From the human T2T-CHM13v2.0 reference genome, Homo sapiens, in the NCBI RefSeq assembly GCF_009914755.1, contig NC_060931.1: a stretch of 64,000 bases of DNA; one strand, written 5' to 3'. Of the stretch, positions 19,601 to 35,415 are shown one piece after another. The notes below the pieces were generated by a model. The model was not told where the DNA came from and searched no databases. It worked only from the letters and a program-made list of their open reading frames with translations. Position numbers and translations under genes: made by a program. The stretch's first letter is position 1, and each line of letters begins with the position of its first letter.

Positions 19601-22600
19601 GTTGGCTACTGAGAGAAATGAGTCTCTTGAGCAATTATCCTTTGCAGGTAGCTTCCATGAAGAACCCAGTTTTTGAGTGCCTCTAGCAGAGACTAAGCTT
19701 CAAACCTCATTAACCATGGATCCAATCCAATATGGCAGCTTGTATGTTCTCCATTCTCAAAGCCCAATATAAATGATGGGCTTTCTTCATTCACCCAGAT
19801 AACTAAGAGCTGATGGTACCCCATTGAGCAGATATGGGAGACAATGAATCTTCATAGATGAGTGCCTAAGGATATATGTGTCACTCAAGAGTAAATGAAC
19901 CAATCATGTTGCTATGCATAGGGACTCAGTTAAAGAAAAGTCAGATAAAATGGGAGGCTGGTATCTCGCACAGCACTGATCCGGCTCTCTGCCTAATTTT
20001 TCACTTTTCATCCAGATGTTCCCCGTCAAGAAGGCACAGTCAATAATGTATGAATCTTAAAGGCAGAGGCAGATGTGGTTATTACTCCCTGTAGGCATTT
20101 CCTGACTTGGAGACGACATGTTACTCGAGAATGACTACAATTTTTAAAAATTTAAGTTGATATAGCCCGCTTATGAGTAAATGCATTTCAGTGCAAAAGT
20201 CTTTTCAGAATTACAGTCATCATCACAGTTTAGTTTGGCCTTTAAATTTTCACTGTAAACTCTCCAGATGGTCACATATGGGGGCTTCTAAGGCAGAACA
20301 CGCTTCCCAATAACATTAGAGCAAGCAGCCTTCTCTAGGAGGCATCCATTTCCAGCAGTCTATTTTTAATATTTGCTTTTATTTCTTAATCCTCCTGAAC
20401 AATAAAAATGAACGTCATTATAACCAAGTGTGGCTGTAGTCATCAATACTTCAGAGTCCAAAAATACATTGGCCTTGCCTGACCAGTTGCCCATTTTCTG
20501 GAATAGCTGGGTATTTATCTAGCAGCGAGAGACCATTATCCTGAGACACAGTCGTGTTCCACCGACACCTGATCTACTAATTAAAATCACTATCATGATG
20601 GACTGTTTAAATTCTGGTTTAAATGTTCCTTTTGCATTTGCATTTAAAAGAAAACACACTCCTCATCATGGGCACCCCAGCCTGGGTTATAATTTGGCTT
20701 TCCTTTGCCAGAATTATAATGTCACTCTGACTTGCCGCTGGTTAAATCTAAAAGAGCATCTAAATGTGCCTCACAGCTTGGCTGTTGCTTGGCAACGCCA
20801 GCAGCCACCTCCTCATTGGGGTGACTTCTAATTGGTCACAAGTCTTGACAGGAGCCACTGACTTATTAGAAATGACACTTGATTATTCACCTAGATGGCT
20901 AGAGCTGATACTTAGCAGCAGGAAATTTTGCATAAAAAGGAGTCGTGGATGTTTTTAATATCTGGGTGGCTTTTAGCGATGGTGTAGTGGAAGAAGGAAG
21001 TGATAAGTTTCATTAGTGGAAATTAATTTTTCATTTGTTGGTCACCAGTTTAGAGCACTTTAAGGCATTAATTTTTTCATTTTTAAAAAAAACCCAGAAA
21101 TACGTTTAAATACCTTCCCCCACCCCCAGCAGCTGACCCTTACTTATTCAGAAAACCCTCCTCTGACATCAGCCCCAAAATATTGCCCCCAGGTCCACCA
21201 AGGGCCAAATCAGATGAAATGTTCAATTTATAAAGGTCAACAAATATTTATTAATTAGTTCCTGTTGTTAAGGAGTTTATAATGTAGAAGAGAAACACGG
21301 TACATAAATCACTGCATTATTACCAATCGTGGAAGGTGGTGACAGAGCTGGGGTCCTGCTTTGAGCATCAGAAGCCACTTTGGCAGGGAGGAAGCAGTGA
21401 GTAGCACCGGAATTGAGCTCTGAAGATTTTGCTGTTTTGACAGAGGGAGAAGGTGCATTGCAGGTGGAATGAGCTGCAGGAATCAAGGCATCTGGACAGA
21501 AAAGTACAGGGTATGTTCAGGGAATAGGGGAGTACAAATTGGCTGGAACACAGAGTACATGTAAGGGATTAGTGAGAAAGAAAGCTGAAAAAGTAGGTTG
21601 AGGCACGTACAGTTCACTGTTCTGTGCCGAGAGAGTGTTTGGTGCACACTTCACTAGAGCTCGAGGAGCTATTAAATACTTGAAAGTGAGGGAGTGACCT
21701 GCTCAGAACTCTGTGTTAGGAAAAAGGGTTTCATTTCAGCTGTTTAGCCCCCAAGCCAGCCATTTCCCAGACCCATGGGGCAAATCTTTCTGGTGCAGAT
21801 GAGGGGAACTGTGAATTGTCTGGAGGAGTCTCCTCTTTGTAGTAGCCCCAAGTATGGGCAGGCTCCCAGGGGCCATGTTATGACATCAAGGCAGCGGTGT
21901 CCACTGTGGCTCTTTTGAGTCCCTCTTCGTGTGTGGATCAACAAGTCACCCAAGCTACACACCATCAACGTTTGGGGCTTATCTCTGTTTAGATGGATAG
22001 GGTTATGCAAAAAAGACCCTCTCCTTCCCTCTCTCTGTGTAGGAAATATGTTTTCCCTAGCACTCAGCATTGTCCAAACTTTCAGGAACTCCAAAGGCTT
22101 AAAGATGGTGGGTTTTTTCTTTCTCAAGTTTATGACATAAGATCTGCACAGAATGACCTAGAAGTGAATAAACTAAGGAGCAAAGGAAATGTGGAGGCTG
22201 AGTTTTGTGGGAAAGCAACAAGCCAGGAGTCAGGATATCTGGGGTTCCAATTCTCATTTGAACACAAAAATAACCAGATTCTGCCCTTTAGGTCCCTATG
22301 TATTCTGAAGTTGATGTGTCAAAGAAATGACAAAAGGCTTTCTTGGGAATGGGATGTGTTGCTGAAAGCACATGGACCAATGATCTGACACTTCCCTGCA
22401 CTGAGCTAAGAATTTGGCTGCTCTCTCCATGGCTTCAAGCAACTGTCTCAACCTGATGCTTTGTGACCTCCTTGGAATCTTCAAATGTCAGTGGAAAGGG
22501 ACATTATAGCTCATTGCGATCAGCCCTTCATTTAGGGATGAGGACCCACGTTCAGAGAGATTCAAATGCCAGGTCCAAAGTAACACATAGGACCAGCATG

Positions 22601-22867
22601 AGTCTCAGCTTTCTTCTTCAGAGCCAGTTTTCAGCAAACCACACTGTATTCATGCTAAGAGACAGTGCCTCAATCTGTTCATGTTTCTTGGGTACCTTCT
22701 ATGTCAAGGCTCTCAAGGAACATTTGATCAATCAGTCATCACACAGGTATTTCTAGAAAATCAACAGAATGGGGTGTGCTATGCTCATTCTTGATATAAC
22801 AAATACCAAAAACTTCATTAATCCATGACAACATGCAATAGTTACCACAAAAGAGCAATATTGAGAG

Positions 22868-23150
22868 TGTATTAGTTATCTATTGCTGTGTAACAAAATT
22901 ACCCCAAAACTTAGTGGCTTAAAACAAACTTTTGTTAGCTCATTGTTTCTGTGGGTCAGGAATCCTGGCATGGCTTAGCTGAGTGCAAAGGCTGAGTCCA
23001 GAGGGACTGAGGGCTGAGGCCAGAGGGATCAAGGTGTCTTGGAGTAGTAGTCAAATGGCTGGCCTGATCTGTGGTCTCATCTGAAGGCTTGACTGGGGGA
23101 AGATCTGCTTCTAAGCCTCATCACACGGTTATTAGCAGGATTCAATTCGT
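22868..23150 (-). mobile_element. MLT1 (F/G/H-like) LTR fragment
   Basis: tgtattagttatctattgctgtgtaacaaaattaccccaaaacttagtggcttaaaac. Confidence 0.75.
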
Positions 23151-23257
23151 AATGGACTTTGGAAGATAAGAATCTTGTACTGTGTCCTTCAGTCAGTGGG
23201 GATCTACAAATGTTTCAGCAAAGCATTACTGAAATAACAAGTATTTTTGGAAGATCT

Positions 23258-23591
<334 letters not shown>

Positions 23592-24374
23592 TTAGTACAC
23601 CTGGGTGTCAGGCACTGTCAAAGTCCTAAGACTACAAAGATGCTTAGGCTATAGTCTTTTTTCTCAAGAAGGAAGATGACAACCATATTCCAGGTGACAA
23701 GTAGCAACACCTGAACTAGGAGGTGACTGAGGAGATAAATATGAAAGAACAGATGAAAGAAAGGAAGCAATGTTAACATGATGAGGCAAGAACAGATGGC
23801 TCCAATGGGGAGTTGTCCCTGAGGAACAAGAAAAGAGAAGAGAATGATTCCAGTAGTCCAAACCAGCCTGGGAGGATGGATCCCTCCAGAGGACAACTAC
23901 CATGTTTACACCACTCCCTGCCTTCTGTGCCAAGTGTTTTGCATATTTTGTTTCTAATCTTTGTCACGACTCTTCAAGGGAGGTATTATTTTCATTTTTG
24001 CAGATGAGGAACTAGACTCAGTGAGGTTAGGCAATGTACCCAAGATCACACAGCTATAAAGTGCCAGGGGAAGGAAACCTACTAATTTGCAGTGCCTTTG
24101 AGTATTTGCTATGCTTGGGGCAAGTATTCTCCAACAAGGTCGGAATCTTACACTCAAGGAAGGAAACTCAGTGATGAGATTCTGTGAGTCACCCAAAAGG
24201 AGAGGAGAAGAAGACCTTTGAGCAGAAGCTCTCAGCCCTTCTTGGTCGTTACTCTCTTTGCCCACTCATCAGGCCCTCCCTCCTTTTAGAATTCACTCTG
24301 TTGCCCTCTGTCTGCACCTTGACTCAAAATTTCACAGACACAGTTGGTAGAAAATCCATTAAAAAAAAAACTGG

Positions 24375-24780
24375 TGCCCATCAATGACAGACTGGATAAA
24401 GAAAATGTGGTACATATATGGCATGGAATACTATGCAGCCATAAAAAGGGACTAGATTATGTCCTTTGCAGGGACATGGATGGAGCTGGAGGCCATTATC
24501 CTCAGCTAACTAACACAGGAACAGAAAACCGAACACCACATGTTCTCACTTACAAGTGGGAGCTGAACAATGAGAACACATGCGCATAAGGAGGAGAACA
24601 ACACACACTGAGGCCTGTTGGGGGAGGGGGGAGGAAGAGCATCAGGATAAATAGCTAATGCTTAATACCTAGGTGATGGGTTGATAGGTGCGGCAAACCA
24701 CCATGGCATATATTTACCTATGTAACAAACCTGCATGTCCTGCACATGTATCCCAAAACTTAAAATAAAATAAAATTTTA
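24375..24780 (+). mobile_element. 5'-truncated L1PA (older PA-type) 3' end, sense to TBXAS1
   Basis: tgcccatcaatgacagactggataaagaaaatgtgg ... aacctgcatgtcctgcacatgtatccc; AATAAA; TSD AAAAAACTGG. Confidence 0.9.
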
Positions 24781-25016
24781 AAAAACTGGGTACTTTAATT
24801 ACATAAGAATCTCCAGGTTATGCAGAACCTTCCTTCCTTGGGGAATTTGCTTCCCAGGGTGGGGATGGTGATTTCCCCTGAATGGTTACCACTGGTTGCC
24901 AGACAGCTGCTCAGCCTCACACTCGGCATCACCTGTGTAGGGACAACCAATGTGAGAGGCGAGAGGAACAAAATGGGAAACTTTCTCCCCTAGCTTGGCT
25001 ACTGCACTGCAACCCC

Positions 25017-25706
<690 letters not shown>

Positions 25707-27243
25707 ACTCCCAATAAATCACTTTTTTTAAACCTAATAACATTAATATTTTATCTGATTATAAGTGTAATACATGTGCATTGTGAAAAATTTGGAATAA
25801 AACAAAAAATAAAAATTACTCATTATCCCATGAAGAAGATGAAATGTAACAACCGAATGCATCTTTTAGTAAGATCTGAGTGAGAATAGCATTGTGTATT
25901 CATCTGTGCATGTGTGTGTGTGTGCACATGCCACGTTTGCCTGCTTGTTCAAAAATCTAGGAGAAGAACTGCGGGGTTTGTGGATTGTATAAAGATTATG
26001 CAAGCCCATCAAAGACAGCTTTTGTTTGTATGCAACTCATGTAAAAGTAAATATTCCGTAACTGCTGTGTAAAATGCAAGGAAGAAAACCTGAAATGATG
26101 GCTATTGGCCAACATACAGATTATGCTCGGCTGTCTTATAATATTTTCTCTGCATTGCTTTTTAAAACATTTTTCATATTACATGCCCCATCTCATATCA
26201 CATTAACCCAAATAAAAATGTCATTATCCATTCAGTTCGACAGACAGCAAGCAGAGTATCGCAGAAAATTACAATCACGTCAGGCAGCAACAAAGGATTC
26301 TAGTCAAAGGCACGTAGAAGACCCGATGGTGGGCAGCTGGCCTGGGCTCTCTTTCACACTGTCCAGGAATATGTTTGGATTCAGAATGGGTGGCCCCCTC
26401 TTTATACACAGGGCATGCCTCTGAAGAGTTGTGTGTAAATCACATTTTATGTTCCATCTCTTTTGTTATGTTAAGAAAGCTTCAAGCTAGATATCTAAAA
26501 AGACTTCCTTTCAAACAGTACATATATATATGTAGATAGATAGACAGATTTTCTTTTACCATGTTACTATTCCTCTGAAGTAAATTTAAAAGGTATTTAG
26601 GTTTATGGGATTTTATGAAACTAGGATTCAGTTGTACCACTAAACTTATTAAGATAATCGAAGGAAGATAGCCAGTAAAGCTAGTTATAAAAATGTGGCT
26701 TAGACTGTACTGACTTTTCCAATGTTAAGGGTAGACTGAGACTTCTTGGAAGTTGGGGCCTAGAGACCATTTTAAGTGACCCATTGGCACACCCTTTTGT
26801 ACTGATGGATTATTAAATCGATGGTTTGTGAGAATTTAGAAAAGCATACAGTAGTCATGAAGCATCAACACAGAGATACTAAGAATAAATCAGGATAGTC
26901 ATACTTATTTTTCTTTTTTGAGTGGACTTCCAGATAGGTAGATGAGGTAAATCACATTTCTGTTTCTGCAAATCATTTGACAAAGTCTTCCCCAGCTGAC
27001 TCATCAGTAAAGCGGTGCCTGGCTGAGTATTTACTTAGGTTCATGCACAGATAGCCCAAGATCCAAAAACAGTGATGATGAATGATTCTGCGGCTACCTA
27101 AACTAGCTGTCCAGTGGAGGGGCACAAGGCTCTGCACCAGGGCCTGCCTACAGACCAATGAACTGAAGGGAGGCTTAGAAGGCACACTTACTACATTGCA
27201 GATAGAACGAAGAAAGAATAGCCCAGTGTTGCAGGTGATGGGA

Positions 27244-27537
27244 TTTTTTTTTTTTTTTTTTTTTGAGACGGAGTCTCTCTCTGTCATTCCAGCGATGCAT
27301 TCTTGGCTCACTGCAACCTCCACCTCCCAGGTTCAAGCGATTCTCCTGCCTCAGCCTCCGAGTAGCTGGGATTACAGGTGCCTGCCACCACGCCCAGCTA
27401 ATTTTTATATTTTTAGTAGAGAGGGGGTTCACTCTGCTGGCCCGCCAGGCTGGTTTTGAACTCCTGACTTCAAGTGATCCGCCTGCCTTGGCCTCCAAAA
27501 GTGCTGGGATTATAGACCTGAGCCACCACGCCTGGCC
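27244..27537 (-). mobile_element. Alu, S-like
   Basis: TSD AGGT(G/A)ATGGGATTTT. Confidence 0.92.
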
Positions 27538-27848
27538 AGGTAATGGGATTTTAATGAGTGAGTACATCTTTTGCTCCCCCACAGTGTTCAAACACCCCAG
27601 TGCTCTAAGCCCTGTGGCTTTATGAACAGCAAATCTATTTTCCCAAGATGGCTCTCCCTCCATGAGCCTTGGCAACAGGGCACTCATGAGTCTCAGATGC
27701 TCTGCTATCTCTCCACTTGGGTGTGTTATGCTGTGAACATTCTGCTCCTTGAGCTGTTGTTCAGCCGTCCATAGCGCTGTCCAGGCCATTGTCCCTGCCT
27801 TGGTTACCACCTCCACGTGGCAGCCTTCATGGAGCCATTGCAGCTTTG

Positions 27849-28581
27849 ATCTACAGGACTCCCTCGCCCTCCATCTACGGGACCCCCTCACCCTCCATCT
27901 ACGGGACCCCCTCGCCCTCCATCTACGGGACCCCCTCGCCCTCCATCTACGGGACCCCCTCGCCCTCCATCTACGGGACCCCCTCGCCCTCCATCTACGG
28001 GACCCCCTCGCCCTCCATCTACGGGACCCCCTCGCCCTCCATCTACGGGACCCCCTCGCCCTCCATCTACGGGACCCCCTCGCCCTCCATCTATGGGACC
28101 CCCTCGCCCTCCATCTACGGGACCCCCTCGCCCTCCATCTACGGGACCCCCTCGCCCTCCATCTACGGGACCCCCTCGCCCTCCATCTACGGGACCCCCT
28201 CGCCCTCCATCTACGGGACCCCCTCGCCCTCCATCTACGGGACCCCCTCGCCCTCCATCTACGGGACCCCCTCGCCCTCCATCTACGGGACCCCCTCGCC
28301 CTCCATCTACGGGACCCCCTCGCCCTCCATCTACGGGACCCCCTCGCCCTCCATCTACGGGACCCCCTCGCCCTCCATCTACGGGACCCCCTCGCCCTCC
28401 ATCTACGGGACCCCCTCGCCCTCCATCTACGGGACCCCCTCGCCCTCCATCTACGGGACCCCCTCGCCCTCCATCTACGGGACCCCCTCGCCCTCCATCT
28501 ACGGGACCCCCTCGCCCTCCATCTACGGGACCCCCTCGCCCTCCATCTACGGGACCCCCTCGCCCTCCATCTACGGGACCC
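27849..28581. repeat. 24-bp minisatellite (ATCTACGGGACCCCCTCGCCCTCC) x30.5
   Basis: 30 full units plus 13 nt; only units 1, 2 and 11 deviate. Confidence 0.98.
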
Positions 28582-29157
28582 ACTCCTTCAGCAGAGGAGT
28601 TGGGCCCCTGGTAACACAATTCTTTCCTTACACCCAGAGCACGTGGGACTGACTCGGAGGAAACTGCAGAGGAGAGGGGTCCTATAAAATTTCATGTCCT
28701 CCCAACATCCTGTCAATAGCCGGCCAGCTGTCCCACTCTACCAGGTGTCTCCAACCAACTGAATATTCCAGAGAAGATAAGAGATCGTTCTGCTCAGAAC
28801 ACACGGCAGGACAACTAGTGCCTTTCTAATGAATGGTCCCTAAAAAAATCGAAATAGCAATTGTACCTGGTTATCATCCATGGAAAAAGACCTCGTGGTT
28901 TTCATTAACCTGAACCTCAATATTTGCCTGCACTGTTTGTCTTCTAGAAAAGTCAACATAAAACTGGCTTTGCGATTGACGTGTAGGGTACAGATCTCAG
29001 GAAGTGATTCATTTACCATACACCAATCCACACCTGAAATACTGTATTCCACTTATGAGGCCACCTTTAGGAGTGACCCTGATAAAGATGAGAGCAATAA
29101 GGCAGGAGGGGTGTATGCAAGCCATATGGTTCAGTCCCCCATTGAAAGGATGGGGGC

Positions 29158-29738
<581 letters not shown>

Positions 29739-30150
29739 TCATGAAGAAGAGAACAGAAATGAAACCAGCAAAAGATTGTTAGACGAAGTCAGATTTTGCC
29801 TCAGTACAACAACATACCTTCTGAGAAGCAGATTAACTTTATAACTTTTCCCAGTGCCTCAAGACTTTAAGAGGAAAGAGTGGGTATTACATAATCAGTA
29901 CGATGCCATGATTCGTTCATTCACTTAACAAATAATTACTATGAGCCAGGCGCTGTTCTAGGTGCTGGGTTTATAAAAATGAAGAAACAGACTAAGATCT
30001 CTCTGACCTCGAGAACTCAATATTCTAGTGTGAAAATCATCAAATCTAAACATAGGTTACATTTTATGTCTTTCATGAGAAATGCTCAGAATGATGTATT
30101 AGAGCACGTTGCTTTAGCTGTGATGCTATTCTAGAATGGGCAGCGAATAA

Positions 30151-30318
<168 letters not shown>

Positions 30319-30868
30319 TAGGAATTTTCTAACATAAAAGTATTTTCCTATTAAAAAAAAGAAACCCAACAATTGCCCCATGTGGGCATAGGAGGCATCT
30401 TGAAGTCAAGGTTTTCCCAGTATTCGAAAGCTTAGCGGCTTAAGCACAAAAGAATAACCATCCATCAGGAATGCTCTATAAATAATTTCTGTGTTAAATA
30501 AGAAGTTGAAATGGATGACCTTAGGTTCCTTTGGATACTAAGATTCAATATTCTAGTGAAAGATCTAAAATACAATCGGAATACACAAGCATAGACTTGG
30601 GTTAATTCCAGGGATTGTGCATATGGATTAGGCTTTATTTACTCGCTAATGCTAACCAAATGTCATGAAACTGAGTACTGATTCTCAGTTTTGTCTAAGC
30701 ACTTAATGATCATTTTCATAATTATTTCACCGTATTCACTGTAAATCTGTTCTTCTTTTTTGCTTCCAAAGATAAAAAATGCTTAAGCTAAAATAGACGT
30801 TTAGAGCTATTGTATTTTATGAATATTTGTGAATTTTAGGATCTTCTTCTTGAATCTTAGCTGTGTGA

Positions 30869-31081
<213 letters not shown>

Positions 31082-31530
31082 TAAGGCTGCTGCATTACAG
31101 ATGAGAAATCGAGTTTTTGAATCACTGCTTCTTGTAACTGTCCATAATTGCTGACAATTACCTTGGGACTAGCAAACTGTGGAAACGCTAGAAGCTCATA
31201 AAAGCATGGATGGACTGATTAATAAAAAGAAAAGAAACCCACTTAACATGGGAAAGAGATGTGAGCAGAGCCAGGGTACGTGCGTCCTGTCGAACCTGTG
31301 GATGGATCCACCCTCTGACCTCCACAGACCCAGGAATGGGCAGGACAGGCCTGCGCCTAAGGACAGGGATGGGGGGAAAGTTCAAGCATTTTCACTTCAA
31401 GAAAAATTGTGGTGCACCTCAGCCCAGAAGCTATAACTTAGTGGTGGACACCAAATTTAAATAACTGATTATCTGGCTTTTCGTCATTTTGTAACTAAAA
31501 GGTTTTTGCTTTAAAAAAACATCTTTAGTC

Positions 31531-31752
31531 TAAGTTTGTCCGACCCACAGCCCGCTGGCCACAAGCAGCCCAGGATGGCATTGAATGTGGCCCAACACAA
31601 ATTTATAAACTTTCTTAAAACATTGTGAGTTTTTTTGCAGTTTTTTTTTTTCTCATCAGCTATCGTTAGTGTTACTGTATTTTATGTGTGGCCAAGACAA
31701 TTCTCCTGCTTCCAACGTGGCCCAGGCAAGCCAAAAGATTTAGCCACCTTTG
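31531..31752 (-). mobile_element. MER30 hAT MITE
   Basis: Perfect 8-bp TSD CTTTAGTC (31523-30, 31753-60); ctcatcagctatcgttagtgtt core. Confidence 0.88.
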
Positions 31753-32993
31753 CTTTAGTCATTTTATGCCAAATCATGGCTTACAGCAGATAAAGAATAA
31801 AGTGGGATGGTGAATCATCCAGAAATTTATTCATTATTATCATTGCTAATAAAATAATAACATAATCATCACCAACACTGGTATTGCACCAGTTTACACA
31901 GTCTTTTCATCCACATTGTCTCTGATTATTATAGGATGCATGAGTTGGCTAAAGATAAGGTGGCCTCATCAGCTATAAAAGCAAAGTAAATAACCCTCAA
32001 GACCCTTAAATCTTCAACCTTCAGGATCAGATGAAATCACATTCAGTAGTCTCATTCTTGTTTTCACTCTAGCAGGGAAATGTGTAATCAGTTGTAGAAA
32101 CGTTTTCAATAAAAGCAGTGTGAATTTTAAAAGTCATCTGGAAACGTCATGTATTCCTTAATGATAAGTTAGTGGTTATAGAATTCATGTACAAAAGGAG
32201 TTAAGTGTGTGCCTACATTGAGAACAAAAATTGGCCTTTTAATTATAAAAAGATATTAATAACCCAGTTTTTAGCTTTTTGGAAAAGAACTTAATCTGAC
32301 TACTCCTATAAGATAACAAAAAGAATCATTTGAGTTTAAAATGGCCTTTTGAGGGGGCAGCTTTCCTATAGCCTAAGAGGTTAAATTTTCTGGAGCTCCT
32401 GCCAGACACTTTTCCTTCTGTTTGTTTCTAAAGCACAATGTATGTTTTCTGTAATAATATACAGATGTTCATGAAGCCTGCCTTAAAGTTTGTCTTGTGT
32501 TTATTTGAGTGCTAAGAGCCCTTGCTTTTTGTTCGTTGCTATTAAGAAAACTGTAAAATCATTAAGAGGAAGAGGGAGACAAAGTTAATAAAACTAGATA
32601 ATTAGGTTGTTAATTCATCAAGGACAATTTGATGTCTATCAGTCAATCATTAGATTCTGGCCTGAGCTGGGCTGTGCAGAGCTTTGGGTACAGCATGTAG
32701 GCGTTGGGTCACCTGTGTGCCCTCCTTCCCAGGGAGGAAACTATAAAGTGTCCTTCTTAGTACCTGGCTGTGTTCTGGTTGACCACAGCTGCCTGAGGCT
32801 CGAAGGTGGAAGAGGCTGTGCCCTCCTCTCCTCCCAGGTCTTTGTTTAGACGCCAGGTCTTCGTGTCTCCTCCCACCCTCTGCCGTCACTGCTCAGAGTG
32901 CCCCATCCAGGAGCCCATCTCCCTCCACCTCCCCCCAGATCTGCAGAAGCTCCTCTTCCAGACACATCTGCAGGGCTGGGCAAGCCAGTGTAA

Positions 32994-33404
<411 letters not shown>

Positions 33405-33683
33405 TAGGGCCACTTATTAGCAATGCTGTAGCCCTGGCATTGGTAATAAGTGGCCCCACCGCCATGGTGAGAACGGTTGGGACGCACCGTGTTAGGCACG
33501 GGGTGTGCGTTGCCTCACTTAGTCCTAGTACTCACCCTATGAGAAAAATATTCTTGTCCCTATTTCTCAGGTGTGAAACAGGCCTAGAAAGGCCGAGCTG
33601 AGACTGGAACCCAAAGCCTTTCATTTCCTAGGGCATATTTCTTTCCTTCAGCAAAATCCTCTTCACAAGACTTCTCCACTTGA

Positions 33684-34136
<453 letters not shown>

Positions 34137-35076
34137 TAGGAGCATTGACGTGTTGTTATGCTTGGTATTGATTATTGCCATGATTTCTAACCATTCTGCT
34201 GGGCTGGTAAATTCCATTCATTCCTTGACCAGTTTCATTCCCGTTTCTGAGCCGATGTCCATGGGAGCCCGTCACCTCACTGGCTCCGCCCTGAAATCGT
34301 AGGCAGAGTCACTCTGAGTGTCCAGCAGTCTCTTCCTGCACCCTTTCCACCGATCTTGGAGGCAGCGCAGGCTGTGTCTGCCCCTTGTGCCTCAACCACG
34401 GCCCAGGCCTGTGGGGCAGGTGGCTCAGTTGTGTCATCCCTTCTATTTCTCCTCTCTGCCTCTGCAGGGCCCTCCTGCTGCTGTGTCACATTGGTTCGGA
34501 CTCTGGCTCTTGAAAATGGGCCTGCGCATTCTGAGAGCATGTGTGTCTGGAGATGTTCTCCCCAGCCCAGCTCCCATAGAGCCCGGTGCAGGGTGAACCC
34601 ACAATGGAAGCTGAGAAGCTGAACCCAGCCAGTGCCCCTCTCCAGGGGAGATGAGGGGTTCCTGACTCTGGCAGCCCGATCCCCAGCACATGGCAGCAAG
34701 GGCCCATGCTGCACCCAGGGGCCGGCAAGGGAGGCACCCACAGCAGCAACAGCCAGTACCCTTGTCAGCAGCTGCAGTGGCAGCTCTTGGGAGCAATTCA
34801 GGAGGTCATGCTGGGAACAATTATCCACTGGAAAGAAAATTCAAATGACCAGAAAGTTTGTAAAAAGTAAATCAGCTTCTACCACTTGCTAAGGCTTGAA
34901 ACAGCCTGTAATCCTTTCTCTCTTAATGAAGTACAAAGACCTTCAGGTCTCATCCCCAGGACCTGAAACATTAATTTATGAGGGTGACCTTGACCTCTTG
35001 AGGGCCAGATGGAAGTGCAGACTCGATTAATTGCACAGATGTTTATTGAGTGCTTACTATGTGCCAGGAATGGTGA

Positions 35077-35415
<339 letters not shown>

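Noticed and set aside
27849-28581. CRISPR-like array or genuine repeat-protein gene
   Set aside because: Units are head-to-tail with no unique spacers, in a mammalian intron; the long ORFs follow automatically from a stop-free 24-mer
34277-34892. Cluster of overlapping ORFs in GC-rich intron 7
   Set aside because: No recognisable domain or convincing splice structure; expected from GC content
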